Below are positions 11,779 through 26,146 of a stretch of DNA of 64,000 bases, piece by piece. How positions within the stretch are numbered: the first letter of the stretch is position 1; each line of letters begins with the position of its first letter. This DNA comes from Antedon mediterranea. Taxonomy: Eukaryota; Animalia; Echinodermata. A program made the translations under genes and the position numbers. Under the pieces are notes generated by a model that worked only from the letters and a program-made list of their open reading frames with translations, searched no databases and was not told the origin of the DNA. The stretch lies in the NCBI RefSeq assembly GCF_964355755.1, contig NC_092680.1:7874001-7938000 (forward strand), in the 5' to 3' direction.

Positions 11779-14302
11779 AAATATGCATTGTTTATGCAAT
11801 AAAAGTGGACTGTCCCAACACAATAGAGGAAAACACGTACGGCGTAAGTCTGGTGTGGATAAAGGTCAAAACTATTCAAGCGTGAATATTGCCACTGCCT
11901 AGTTAATATAAGCGTACACTACGCCAGACTTACAAACCTACACACATAAGTTTATTTTGTACTGAATAGAGAAACATCTTTATTGAAGAAGTAGTAATTG
12001 ACAAGGACAACACACTGGACATTTGTTAAGTATAGTTCACTAGATAGGATAGTAATATCTTGTAAATCCCTGGTATTTTACTAATGCACATTACAAAGCG
12101 GTTCACATCATTCAGCATAGTTTTCTCAAAACTAGCTTGCTAGATAATTACTTTGGGTTATTATAACGAGACAACCTATATACGAATGTTGTCTTATATA
12201 ACTCATTCTCCATTATAAGTTATTTATTTTCTTCATTCTATAGTAGACTATTATAACAACAGTGTCGAGGGCTCGCAATGTTTAAACCGGCAATTATGTA
12301 ACACTATCTGTTATAAGTATCATTTGTTATGTAAATTCTCCAGAATCGTACAATTGACACTCCATGTTACTAACCTGTTTTGTTAACATTGTAAAATTAT
12401 TTCGCCCCTCTAAAAATACAGCGTTAAATCAATAGGCCTGAAACTCAAATGTTTACAGTTTTATACATTCATTATTTCAAACGAATATTTTTAATTTGAA
12501 GAAATGATTACTATTCAAGGATGTAATTAAAAGGTTATCACATATAGAATAAAATGGTTTAATTCAATGAGTGATGGCCGGCTGAATATGGTCACTATGG
12601 CTCATAAACGCATGTAAACAATGACTACGTAAGCGCAACTTAATCAATCACAGTCGCAATTTCGAATGATCCGATTGGTCAAATTACTTGCGTCTTCGTT
12701 CTTACGTGTTCATCCTTCTAGCATGGTAACCTAGCTTAAGTATATTATGTCATATTCACCTGCTGAAAACAGATTGGTGAATTCCGATTCCCAAGATACG
12801 AAATGCTTCCTTTTAAAATCAAGACTGATGTGAAACAACAAAAATTAAATTAAGATTTCATTCAAGATACATTTTACTTTAACTTTAGTTCCAGGCTGTT
12901 TGATTGTAAACTATACACTAGCGGTTATGAAAACGAAGTTTTAATTTTTTGTAAGACTTCCAATTTAACGTAATGTTATGTTGTAAGTTATTTGCTGTTG
13001 CTTTGTTTTATGGGCTTGGCATAATAAGAAGTTTATAAATATTATATTTATATAATGTAACACCTTTTTTCATCAATGTGCTCTGATAGGCATGCTAGTT
13101 GTGTATACATTTAAAAGTTTAATAAAAGTCCACAGCATTAAACCCAATGAATTATGGAAGAAATTATATATCTATAAATCTTAATGATAAAAAGCATCTC
13201 TTGATGAACGATAAAATAAATATCTTGATGAACGAGGTAAATCAATTCTAAACTGTTAATGTATCTACGCTTTTTAAACAAATTAAGTCTATTCGTTTTA
13301 CTTGCTTGTCTGACCGTGCTTTATGTTATATGTCTTAAATTGTTGATATTGCCGGGAAATACATAAGAAAAATATTTTGACAAAATGGCATGAATCTTTA
13401 TTATAATAATGATAAATTGGACGCATCAGAGATAAGCATAATAATGTTGTCGTTGTTTGGTGTTTATGTAAATGGATCATGTTGAAGTCGCTGTGGCAGC
13501 TTTTTACAGAACTATTTGTTGTACCAGCTGACCATGCTTTAAAAATACTTTATATACTCAAGCTCGTATATAGATGACTGTCAACAGTCAGTTAAGATCT
13601 ATCTAGTGACAAGTGAAGAATCGGGATATCCCCTTACTCTTCCGAATTTTACATTGTCAACATACAATCGATCGATGAGATTTCAGGCTTATAGATCAGA
13701 CGACTAAAGTCAACATAAACAAATTGGAAGTTCGGGCAGAAGGAGTGACGTAAACATCTAGCGCTGAACAAGTTTTGTTGTTTTATTTGTTTTATTTATT
13801 TCATCTAGATTACGTAAATCCAGGTGTATTTAATCCAAAAAGGCAATTGTTAATCTTATCATAATATTTTATCAAAACGACAAAATCCCTAATATGTTTG
13901 ATTCCAATTGAAGAAAAAACATGTTCATCGTACATTAATACTTACTTATAATAATAATATTTACTTTGTCTCACGTAGTTAATCTATGGCATCTTTACGA
14001 ACCAGGTTGTTTGGATTGTGATGAGCGACTTATTCAAAGTACTTAGATGATGTCGTTAAATATTGGCTTAGCTAAACCATAGAGAAAACATTATTGTGTT
14101 TCTTCATCGTTAAACACACGATTACCGGTATCAACCACTTGTAATGCAATAACACATTAACTTTCAAACACGGTGACAATAACAAAGATTGTTGTAAGGC
14201 CACGCCTTAATCCGGTTCTCTTTGATGATCGTAATGAGTTGTTATATCAATGTTTTTGATGAAATGATCTATGATCAACTAAATGTGAACCTGATTCTAA
14301 GA

Positions 14303-14520
14303 GTTCAAGATTCAAGATTCAAGATTCAAGAAATTTTATTGGTCCATAAAAATGGAAATTCACTTTGCTTGGTAGATTAAAACAACAATATTGCAACAAT
14401 TTAAAAACGTGCAGTATAATAACAGATTAAAAATACAAGATAAAAAGTTAAAAATACTGTTAAAAATGTAAAACTATTAAAAATTAAGTTAAGGTGAATT
14501 TTAAGCTATTAAACTAAGAC
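14303..14520 (-). mobile_element. 5'-truncated LINE 3' end with (TCTTGAA)n tail
   Basis: On the minus strand: T-rich UTR, TGAATTTCC...GACCAATAAAA, then four TCTTGAA units; similar 3' motif at about 62530-62600. Confidence 0.55.
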
Positions 14521-17269
14521 CCAGATTTGGTTCACTGACCGATGAAAACTCTGGGCTAATGTTGTTTTTCCACCACAAGCATACGAATTTTTTAGTTTTA
14601 ATAAATCTTTAGACAAAATAAAATGTTAAATTCAACCAAAAATTCATTATTGTTATTATAATTATAAATGCATATTGTATAGATATTTTAGTTGGAATTT
14701 ACTTGTCACCAATTAGTATAATAATAACCGTATAAACATTATTTTATAGTTTAATATTAATGCAATATAATAGGAAAAACATTTTGTTGTTTTGCTTTTC
14801 CAATAAATACTATTTCCTCCTGAAAATTACCAATATAACCCTTTATGACAAGCCGAATATACTTGTTAATTGTTATTTCTATCTTGGTGGTTCCGGTAAT
14901 GCCCATATCGCACATTACTAGTATACAAATGAAAAATGATGTTTAGGCCTGATGATGCAAAGAAAAGAAAGAAAAAGAAAGAAAGAAAATATTAAAGGAA
15001 ACTAAATTACCCAGAAAAAGTTGGAAATACTCAAACTTTTGTCAGTAAAATAATGTCTAACTAATAGGAGTAATAGGTTGAATACATAATTGGATTGCCT
15101 TACATGCACGCTACATTTGCCAATGTATATCACTGCAAGCAAATACAAAAAAGAAAATGTGTTTGGAATCCTCGAAAGAAAAGAAAATGCTCTTATTTAG
15201 AAATATGATATTGAAATACTCGGACCAAACATGATTCTTGTACAAGCGTTATTTAACTCTGTAATTATTTTGTGATTCTGATCATTCAGACAAAGTAATA
15301 ACCATGATGAAGTATTAAAATGGAATAAATCTTATATACATGTATCTTGTCTTAAAAACGTCCATTTTCGAAGATAAAATAATGGATGTGAAATATTATC
15401 TCTTTTCATCTTCATCTTCATGCATTAGCTACATTTTTTTACACATGTTCAACTTTTTTAAAAAGTAACATACTAACTTAATGTTTTCTATAATATTCTA
15501 TTTTATCATTTAAATTGACTATATTTTACGTAATAATATATCATTTTGCGTTCCGTTACCCAACTGAATCAAATTAATTTATGAATATAATATTATTATT
15601 ATATTCTTATACATGAATAATTTGTAATTATTTTAATAGAACATCTTCAAACGTAATAAAAAATTATATAAAAAAGGTAAGACACTTACATAAACTTTGC
15701 TCTAAGCGGTTATTAACATGTCACTGAACTGAAATATTTTACAATCGGAAAACCCCGACATATTGTTTAAAGGTTTGCATGGGGAAATTAAATGCTGATA
15801 TAACGTTTGCGGTACACCACGTATATTATCAATATATATATAATGTAGATGACGATATAGATAAAATACATATCTTGCTGCTCTCATGGTCTTCTTCCTC
15901 TTTGTAAACTGTCTTGAATGTCTTATATTATTTGTTATGACTGTTGATCCTCAACCTACTCTATGTAACATTAGGCCTAATCATTAAAACACCCCAAAAA
16001 TGTCCTCCTTAAATTCATCTGTAAAGTTGATCAATCTAAGGATCACCGATCGTTATAGTCATTCGTAAATAAAATCAATCTGTACAAAATAGGACTATTC
16101 ATTAATATAACTTTATAAAGTTGTTAAATTATCTATCACGTAATTACTATAAGACGACATCCTTTAACAGTGTGCATAATTCATTTTAATATTAGTTGGT
16201 TATTCTACACGTGTGAACTACATTTATGCGCCTTGCACGTTTTGAGATGTCAGCACTGCGTCGCACTGCTGACGCACTAATGTAACTGTAAACGGAGACG
16301 CTTGTATTCTAGGGCCTAAATGTTCAATTGCCAACATGTGCATGTTAATGCGCATAATTAGACATGTAAATTTCTGTTATCTACAATGTACAAACTCCTT
16401 CATAGGTCATTGTTTTTACAGTCAGCTCATGTCGTTTCCTGTATATTATAAACTGAATCCAGTGATATCTGCAAGGCATAACCTCGGCCATGCGTTGAAA
16501 GGGCGTGGGTCACACATGGCCTCAATCGATGTAAAATATTTATGTTTTATATCTATAAAATAAAAGTTCATTAAAACATAGTAATCTCAGATTAAAATAA
16601 AAATCATCTCTCTATTTTAATTGTAAACGTGATCTTTTGAAAAAAAAAAGACCGGAATTTTTCTATAATAATGTAACTATTCTCAACAGACGTTTGAAAA
16701 CTAATCAAAATTGAAATTTAAATTGAAAACGTGGTAGATCCATCACTCACTAAAGTCACTTAGAATTGTGTATTTGAGAAAATAATATGTGCCTAATAAT
16801 GTATTACTATCAGTTTAAATGCATCACAACGAGTTTAGATGCGTTGGAAATGATGCGTATGCGATTTCTGTATAATGAGGACGTGTTATGATGTACAAAT
16901 ACAGATTGCGTTTTTCGCTTAATCGCTATTAAAGTGAGAAAATTCGTTTACAGAATTAAATCGTTTATTTTTAATATGCTATAACGTTATAAACATAAAA
17001 TCAAACACAGGCATTACACTCATAAATATGTCGTGTCATCATTGTACCCATAATGTTGAACTTGCTTACAATTCCATCCTCTTGTTTCAACACACAGAGG
17101 ATGTAACGAAGACAATGTGAAAATTTAATATCCACAAAGTCCCGTTGGGAGAAGTCAAGGCTCCGAAAAACTGTTTATGTATTAAACGTCACGTCTCTCG
17201 TACTATCTTTCAAGGTTAACACAAAGTTTGATATAATAACGATTTTAAACGTTGTGTGTAAAACTCTAC

Positions 17270-17378
17270 CAAAAATGGTATATTATATACCCAAATATGG
17301 TAATGATAATGACATCATAATGTCCATATGGGCACATCACCTTTTTGTCCCATAATGTTTGATAGTGTAAACAGAGCT
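17270..17378. mobile_element. MITE family 2, partial copy
   Basis: Core CCAAATATGG...GACATCATAATGTCCATATGGGCACATCAC and right TIR TTTGATAGTGTAAACAGAGCT. Confidence 0.7.
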
Positions 17379-19057
17379 TTACACAATATAATTATTATTA
17401 TATAAGTTATTGATACAGTAACATATAATTGACATCATACACATAAAATACTTTGGGCGTTTATGTCTATTCTATAAACTGCAACGCTATGATAAAAAAT
17501 CAAATATTCCATGACGTCTTACGTATAAAACATGTAAAAAGGAAATGCAAATATAATTTAATTATTATATTAATATGCTGCCGTAATATGAATTATATTA
17601 TATATAAACGCAAGATAGTATTATAGTTGTCTTGTACTTAACCTTTCACTCATAGCGTAGGCCTAGACCATCAAACTAAATATTTGGCCAATGAAGAACG
17701 GTTCACTATCGCTTGTCAATGGCTAACCTGATTGAACGCAACGCAATGAGTTAGGCGCAACGCAATGAGGTAGGCGCAACGCAATGAGGTAGGCGCAACG
17801 CATGTTTGTTGACCAATCACGATCGACAATTCGGATAAGCCATCGCCTCAGAACTTTATAACCAAGCTTTAGCTCAACATGATTTAATTATTTGACTAAT
17901 ATAATTAATTTGTATAGTTGGGTTTTTTTGGAATTATGCTGTTAGCATATTCAATAATCATAGTATGCATACAATACCATTAATAATTGGTATTGTATAA
18001 AATCTATTAATTTAATAGTTTTTATACGTAATAAAAATTCCTCTGTAAGTGAAACCGCATACAACACGTCTCAAAGTACGTCACGTGATTCATGTAATTT
18101 CGTAAAGATTTTCCACATATACTTCAATTCAAGAGAAAAATTTGATAGCAAATTGGTGGCAAAAATCAAACCATTAGCGCTAGTAGTGAAGAAATGCATT
18201 AGTAGAAGAAAAATAATACATGGAATGATTCTAATATTGTTCGTTAGATATTTTTTTTATTGATAACTTTTCAGAACCATCAATATACCGTATACGATAC
18301 ATTTTGTTATGCTAAAATTACGTTATTATTCGTTTAAGTAAAGATTTTGATAGGCAATAAGTAAATGTTGTTAAATAGGAACATTAGAAAATCATCCAAT
18401 TAACTGTATTAAATATGAGCAGGTTAAATAACACTTTATTAATTGTTTTTGTAATGTTTTTCCATAATTACGATATATTTTAAATAATGATACTTATAAT
18501 TATTCGTATGAAGTTTTCAGTCTGAATATAGGTCACGTGTTATCACAACATAACCTTTCATTTCATTTCTGAGTTGTTACCGTGCCGCAACATTAAAATA
18601 CCAGATGCAATTCCTACAAATTATTTCACACAATAATTATATTTTGAAAAATCGTAAAAAAATTATATGAGAATGGTCTTTATTATGCTAGCAATCATTC
18701 ATGTATGTAAAGTGACATAGGCATTAATATGTAATAAAATGTGGTGTGCAAAATAATTAAATAGAAGGTCTGTTGTATGACATTTAAAAGGGTGAATGGT
18801 ATGGCTGGAATTATTTTTATGGCACTATTTATAATTTTTCATCGGAAGAAATATACACAAAACATTTTATTTATTTTTAAATATACATACTCATATTGAA
18901 AAATTGTATTAAATACAACATATATATATATCTAACTATTGTGAATGGTTAAGATTAAGTTCAATTAAGCCTTATTCCCCGTTGAGTGATACCGGTATTT
19001 ATAACAAAACTTTGTTGGCAACAAATTATCGTGTAAAGAATGTTTTATACACATTAA

Positions 19058-20269
19058 AGCCACTCGACCCTTTAGTCTTTTTCGACGTAATTTAAGGTCA
19101 CACACGTCACTACATTTTATGTAAAGATAAATACTATATTATAGGGACCTATTGCAATAATTCTTTTCGTCTAAACGGTTAAAATGTCAAAAAAAAAACC
19201 ATTGGTATTTTTTTTTACTTTCGAACGATCGTGAAATGGTAAACAAATAAAAGAACCGTAACTTTTCGGCGAAAATACCAGGTATAACCCCAATTTGTAA
19301 TAACGGATTCTTCAAAGACAATTAATTCATCAACGAGACAACGCCGGGCTAGGCCTATATCTAGCGTACTACGATGTTCCTACGTTACCGCTCTTTACCA
19401 ACAAGGCCCCACACAACTACAAGCTAAGCTAGGCCTAAGACCGTCGACGATAGGACATTAGACGCTCGAAGTTCAATATTTTCGTTTCTATGGAGCGCCA
19501 AAAGAGCAACAACAATAGATGGTTAAAACCTCAGTGGAATGCGTCTTCTTTTAATGCATTTATTATTGAAATACACGTTTAATTTTAATATATTTTGTCA
19601 ATAAAAATGCTGTAACATTTTACTGCTAATAATTTGCTGTTTTCAAATAGCAACCAACCCTAGGCCTAAGAGTAAGACTAAGACTAACTAAGAGGCATAT
19701 TATTTAGATTAAGGTATACCCCTACAGTACATGTAATATGATGATGAATTTGTCGATTTTCATTCCTAAAAGCTCCTGCAAAAACCATGTACAGTATTAA
19801 CAGTAATATTTTTGTTGCATTGACATTGACAAAATATGATAAAATTGAACGTAATTTTCACCAATAAATGCATTAAATATACACAATTTACTGAGTTTTT
19901 AGCCCTCTATTATGATTGCTCTTTTGGCGCTCCATAGAAACAACAACATTGAACATGATGGAGTATGCGAAATTCACGAACCGATGTGCGAGAAACACGT
20001 CTGTAAATTCATCAATTTAAAGGATTCATTTTTTACTTTTTGTGTGATCTCCTTCGTAAAAGTATTTTTGAGACTTAATTCTAAGGTGTGGTACTCACGA
20101 TAAAGTTACTTAACCAATTTTGAGTCGAAATAAACGACAGGTGCGAAACGGAACTAGCGCCAAAAAACGTACATTTAAGACAAGGAAAGACATGGTTTCA
20201 TGTTTTTAAAGTAATTTATATGCATTATTATTTTTACAAAACGTCAAACATTGTAGGTCTATTGTGTCT
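19058..20269. mobile_element. 1.2-kb non-autonomous Kolobok-like element, inverted relative to 52591-56960
   Basis: TTAA|AGCCAC ... GTGTCT|TTCA; 19058-19285 aligns with the reverse complement of 56675-56960, and 20165-20269 with the reverse complement of 52591-52690. Confidence 0.7.
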
Positions 20270-20832
20270 TTCAGCACAAAACACAAGAATAGTCACTGTC
20301 CAACCGATCGCAAACGTTAAAAAAAAAATCAAACTGAGGGCGCTGTTATTGAAAAACGTTAACACGCGATGGTTTTGTTTCTAAACCATTACTAGATTAT
20401 TGATAAACTGCAATTATATTAACAATAGATAAACATTGATATATAAAGTATTATAATGTTAATATTTATAATGCTTTTGTAACAGTTATGAACATCTATC
20501 ATATAAACAGTCGATCGCAGTCAAAATGTCAGTAGTAACAGTAACAGCGCCCTCTATATCGTCACACAAAAATGTACTGAAAATGCAATAATACAAAATT
20601 CTAAACGGCGGTTTAGAATTAATGTTCTTTGCCTGATTTGTTTATATATTATTATAAAAGTATCTCTTCGGAGATCCCGCCTCGTGAATAAAAATACTGA
20701 AAGATGAGGGCGTATCAATGATCTCTGGTGCGCGTGCGTACAACTGAGGACTAGTGCTGTTCCGCCGTACCACGCCGAGAGTGTTAAAGAGTCGCTATCC
20801 AATCGAGTTTGAACAATACCATGAAAGCCCCA

Positions 20833-21008
20833 GTAGTCTAATGGTCCAAATCAAATAAAAAATAGCCTGATGTGTTTATATATATATCTTTATCGTTCAA
20901 AATTAATTAATAAAATTTCAGTATCGGTGATATACTGAAAATTTAATTAATTAATTTGAAACGATAAAGATGAGGAAATCTGTGAAAATGAGAAAAAGTC
21001 CATTAGAC

Positions 21009-21056
<48 letters not shown>
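20833..21056. mobile_element. Small hairpin MITE next to a (TA)n microsatellite
   Basis: Ends AGTAGTCTAATGG / CCATTAGACGACT, internal ~40-bp stem at 20886-20971, then (TA)n at about 21012-21056. Confidence 0.55.
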
Positions 21057-21059
<3 letters not shown>

Positions 21060-21184
21060 GACAAGGTGGATGTTCATGTCACAGATTTGCTTTATAGAAA
21101 TTTGATATTCCGCAAGCGCAACAAATTAATTATGTAACACGCCCTCTTTCGTTCTATTTTATTACATATCACAACCATAAGAAA

Positions 21185-21280
21185 TAAACAAGGCCATATA
21201 CATGGCTGCAGTCACGTGCTCAAATTTGAGTTATTGTTTACCAACCGACTGAACAACTGACCGACCGAACAACCGACCGA
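21185..21280 (-). mobile_element. HINE-like element 3' part, same family as 11677-11778
   Basis: AAACAAGGCCATATACATGGCTGCAGTCACGTGCTCAAATT followed by degenerate (GACC)n. Confidence 0.6.
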
Positions 21281-24026
21281 TAAAAATACAAAATGCGTGA
21301 TAAGTCGTTGGTGTTTTGGCTAGATAGTTTGGGTAGCCAACCACCATGATTAATATAATACTATGTATATCTACCTTAATGATTGCTATGTCATGACACG
21401 TGTTGCTTACATCTCAGGGACGTACATAAAAACGGTACAACATGCACACGACACCGTCATGTCACACATAACATATTATTAATGAGAACGGAAAAACACG
21501 TCAACATTAACTTGATTTCCTCCTTTGAACTTCCGATCTAGGATGATGAGAATATTTGCTGTCAAGGTCGGCGACAGGTGTGAGCTAAGCAGCAGCTAGA
21601 GTCTATGAACCTTAATAACGTTTTGAATGAAAAAATGGTAACATTTAAGCATGATGTATAACATTAAAGTATACATGAAGGATTAACTTTAACATTAATG
21701 TGTCTAGGTACTTTCTATCAAGCCGTATGTTCGCTAGAAGCTAAGTTTAATTTAAAATCGATGATAGTGAAATAGACACATTATTCATTTTCTGCGACAA
21801 TTAGCATTAAAGCACTTAATAATCGTAATGATTAAAAAAAATACTGTCATTGAAAATAATGTTTTAGTTTTTTAGAATGCACGTACGAATAGGTGCTATA
21901 AAGATCTCTTCAAACTCACACACCCACAGTACCATCATTACACTGGAACCCCCTCATTTGAGACATCTTCATTTAGAGGACACACTATAAATAAGAGGAC
22001 GCCCATAAAGAGGATACTTTACCGTGAAAAGAATGAGGACAATGTTCTTCTATTCATCACTTTTTGAGTCAAGAATATGTATTAATAGTACCGTTGGTTA
22101 CCACGTTTGCATAGGCTATCAGTATAATAAGTAGAGTTGGTGCAAATATAATTCCAATGTAGCACTACACATACGTCGCTATATACAGTATTTAAAATAA
22201 CATAAATACCTTGGACACTGATACTATAAATGTAAACTTTCCATGAATTCCCAAATAAAAGAGTTATTAATTACCGAAAAGCTGGCGATGTATCTCCTCG
22301 TGATATTTAGCGACATCATCAATATACACCCACATTAAAGAAATTAAATGGATGCAATTACTACATCACCTTCAAAATCTACATTTTAAAGGAAATAACC
22401 TTCTTTTCGTACGTACTATCAATGTTTTCTTGAAATATGATTGATCGGATTGTTTTTTTTTCAAATTAACTATTGAAAGAGCATAAAGGTTGTAACGATC
22501 ACCACACGATTCAGTTAGATTATGTGATGTATAACGAATATCTTATTTAGTAAATCTATTTCATAACTTACTTGATTATCAGCTCTCAGTACCGGAATAC
22601 AATACAATTATACTATTAATAGCTGTCTATGTTTGTGGATGTCAGAATAGTGTGTAATTGAGCTTGCCACTTACCAGATTAGTCTTTCCATGCGATTCGT
22701 TAATCTATCTTATAATCTACAAACGATTGAAGATATAGCTTTTTTTTAGTTAAATTGTTTTCACTCTAAAAAAGGGAGTTTTCATTCCTTCAGAGTGGTT
22801 AAAATTGTCTGAAATTTATGAAATCGCTTTATGTAGCTTACCGTGTGATGAGTGACTCTTTTAAGACTGGTCATAATATACTCCTCAAAAGAGTGATCAG
22901 TCACTCTATAAGAGTGTATTTTCACTATTTTAAATTAATATAGTAGGCATCGAAAAAGACCGTGGCGGGCCATGGATGGATCGTGATACAACCTCATAAA
23001 AATATTACCCACCGATTTATGGTTGAGTTTTCTATTTCTCATTTCTATACTTCTAGGCCTATATACTATTAATATAAAATAATACATCTGCGAAATATAG
23101 TCTTGAATATTATGTGTTGATTTGTGGATTTTCGCGCCGCGGCTCTAGCCAGCTATGTCCCAGGAGGACACATTCATTAATAAGCTGTTTCATAGCGGTA
23201 GCTTTAGTATCTAAGGCTGACAGTTTTGTGAATTTGGAAACTCGACTATGATTTATAGGTAGCTGCTGGACCCACAAAACGTCTGGGAGAAGAGAGTCTA
23301 TATGAAAGCCTTTGCTGATAATACAGTATTATTGAGATGTAGACGGAAATCTGTAAAATCTTGTTCAATAAATAATAACTTCGTTTTTGCTGTCAACCAG
23401 GCCGGTATTATAATAAGTCACTGTCAAACAATCATTCGATAATGGTCAAAACTTTGATTTGGCTCTGTCAACATAAAGGGAGGTATTTACAATGACTTTC
23501 TTTTGACTGTCAATCTAGGCCAATGTTATAATAATACGCCGTCAGATATTAAATCATTGAAACAGTCCTGGTAAATTCTTTTTTGGTTATCAGATGCCGT
23601 GGGGGGCCCAATCAATTATCGTCAGAAGGTGAACAATCAGTCTAGGTAGCAGCAGCAGATTATTAGTATAGGAACGCCTGCTCCATTAATTAATCCAGAA
23701 AAAGGTTTGTACATTATCTATTTGTTTATTAGCCTTCTCCTAACACAATTATATTATTTTCCTTAAAAAAAGGTTTTATAAGTGGTTTCAACATTTATGA
23801 TAGTAATGTCACAGTTCTGTGTCTGGACGCAAGTTCATAGACCTACTAGTTATATTATTCATATTAACTGATACTTACTCTTCATTTACCGTAAAGTTCA
23901 GTTTTAATGAAAAATATAATATAAATTGGCTTCGTAACAATTAATTAGTGTTGAAAAGGTTAGTTTTTTTGTGATAGGTGAAAATGACATGTAACTTCGT
24001 AATCAATTTATTTTTTTTTTGTATAA

Positions 24027-24387
24027 AGGCCCAATTACACTATGACGATAACGACGGACGATAAATATATAGCATGCATTTTTTTTACATAAACCAAAAG
24101 AAATTAGAAAGGTTTTCGTTCTAGACCTATAGGATAATCATTTATGCTGTCTTTGATAAAAATAATGTTTTTCAAATTCCAATCAAATGACGTCATGATA
24201 AATAAAAACAATAAAATCGCTGTATTGTCACGATATTATTGGTCTTACTAATCATGACGTCATTTGATTGGACGTGTGAAAATATAATTTTCATCAAAGG
24301 AATTGTTTATATTTCTTTTGGTTTATGTATTAAAAATGCACATTTGTCTATTTATCGTCGATCGTTATCGTCCTAGTGTATGGGCCT
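24027..24387. mobile_element. ~360-bp fold-back MITE (Harbinger-like)
   Basis: TIR AGGCCCAATTACACTATGACGATAACGA / TCGTTATCGTCCTAGTGTATGGGCCT; internal arms CCAATCAAATGACGTCATGAT / ATCATGACGTCATTTGATTGG. Confidence 0.75.
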
Positions 24388-24707
24388 TATGCTGTAAATG
24401 TTCAATTAATTGATCATTCCGATTTTATTAGTTGGACTCTTGCAAAGTTGCTGTCTAATCATTGTTGTGTAATATCATTTCGAACCATATTAAAATCATA
24501 AGGAGATTCATATTCCTTAACATGTGGCTGTGCATGGAAGTCCGGTCTACAAAAACTCGGGCCCGAGATCATTGTTATTGGGCCTGAAAGTGTTGGTGAA
24601 TTCATAATTATACTTAAAATTATATTTATATATATATATATAGGCCTATTCAGGTTGAAATTTTCAGACCGTTTGGAAAGAGTGCTCAATACCAAGGTAG
24701 AGCATAA

Positions 24708-24800
24708 ATAAATAAATAAAATAACAGCAGAAAACTTGGTTACTTCATTGTTTTAATCAATGAAGTAACCAAGTTTTCTGCTGTTATTTTATTTATTTAT
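24708..24800. repeat. Perfect 43-bp inverted repeat with 7-nt loop
   Basis: 24708-24750 is the exact reverse complement of 24758-24800. Confidence 0.92.
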
Positions 24801-24869
24801 ATATAGGCCTATATATATAATTATATTATTATACAATTGAAAGCAAAACCCGTTGAATCTCAAATCATT

Positions 24870-25970
24870 AGGACTAGAAATTTGGCTTATCAATCAAATA
24901 AATACTTTCGTTCAAAATGAAACTCCAACCTCTCTAATCAAAAGATTGAACTCGAAAACGGACCGTTTTTTTGAATTGGGTATGTTGAAACATTTCAATA
25001 TTCATTTAAAAAAGTACATTAATTGTGGTATTGATCAGTGGCTATAGAGGCGTAAAAACCCTCGGTCAATATCATGTAAAATGCACTGTGGAAGGGTCAT
25101 TATTAAGACTGCAAAATTGGGCTTATCAACAAATAAATACTTTCGTTCAAAATGTAAAATCAAGGCTGAAAAATTGGGCTTATCAACAACAAAATATTTT
25201 ATTATTAGACGCGATAACATCAAGGATAATCAGTATAATAATTATTAATATAGCCACTGTTACTAGTTTTATTCTACATGCTAAAGTAAATAAAAATCCA
25301 CTAGAAAACAAACAAGTCTGAATGTTATGCTTATTAGCCATGTTATGTTTGTTACTGTAGGCCTATGAATGTTTGCAATGTCCACTATTATTTCCGTGGG
25401 CATATCCATAGTGTATCACTCACAAAAAAAGACGTGTGAGGTTCTTTCTTTAGATTTTGAAGAATGATTTGTGTTACAGGTGAGTCAGACACATGAGTCA
25501 AATGCTCAAGATATCGGCTAACGCCATGGGACCCTTGGCTTATCAATGAATAATAAATACAGTACTACTTTCGTTCAATTGAAATCGGAATCTGACCGTT
25601 TCATTAAATTGGGTGTGATTAGGCATAAACATATAATAATTTATTAAAAAGGTACAATAAAACAAATGCATCAGAGGCATAAAGAACCCACGGTCAATAT
25701 CATGTAAAATTTATATGGTATAAGCACTGTGGAAGGGGTCATTATTATTAAACTGGAAATTCGGCTTATCAACAAATAAATCTTTCGTTTAAAATGTAAA
25801 ATAAGACTGCAAAATTGGGCTTATCAACAAATAAATACTTTCGTTCAAAATGTAAAATAAGACTGCACAATTGGGCTTATCAACAAATAAAATACTTTTT
25901 TTTCAAAATGTAAAATTAAGACTGGAAAATTGGGCGTATAAACAAATAAATACTTTTTTTCAAAATGTAA
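24870..25970. repeat. ~56-58-bp minisatellite within a larger duplicated unit upstream of gene B
   Basis: Unit CTGCAAAATTGGGCTTATCAACAAATAAATACTTTCGTTCAAAATGTAAAATAAGA: four copies at about 25750-25970, two at about 25108-25200, single degraded copies near 24875 and 25535. Confidence 0.85.
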
Positions 25971-25997
25971 GAAAACATTTTTTAAATATAATCCTTA

Positions 25998-26146
25998 AGC
26001 TCTGTCTATACTATCAAACTAAATATGATGTGCCCATATTATATAGACATGACGATGTCCACTACGATATTCGGGCATATCACTACCATATTTGGGCACA
26101 TCACACTTTTTTTGTTAAACTAGTTGGGACAGTGTAGACACAGAAC
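25998..26146. mobile_element. MITE family 2 copy
   Basis: AGCTCTGTCTATACTATCAAACT ... AGTGTAGACACAGA; core in inverted orientation. Confidence 0.75.

Noticed and set aside
15702-15950. RAARYVF peptide resembling a CR1-type RT C-terminus
   Set aside because: Too short and decayed to delimit confidently.
25441-25486. Possible 26-nt 5'-UTR micro-exon of gene B (tttctttAG ... CAG|GTGAGT)
   Set aside because: Splice motifs alone inside a repeat-rich region are insufficient.
25750-25970. Regular repeats resembling a CRISPR array
   Set aside because: Contiguous minisatellite units without unique spacers, in a eukaryotic context with no cas genes.
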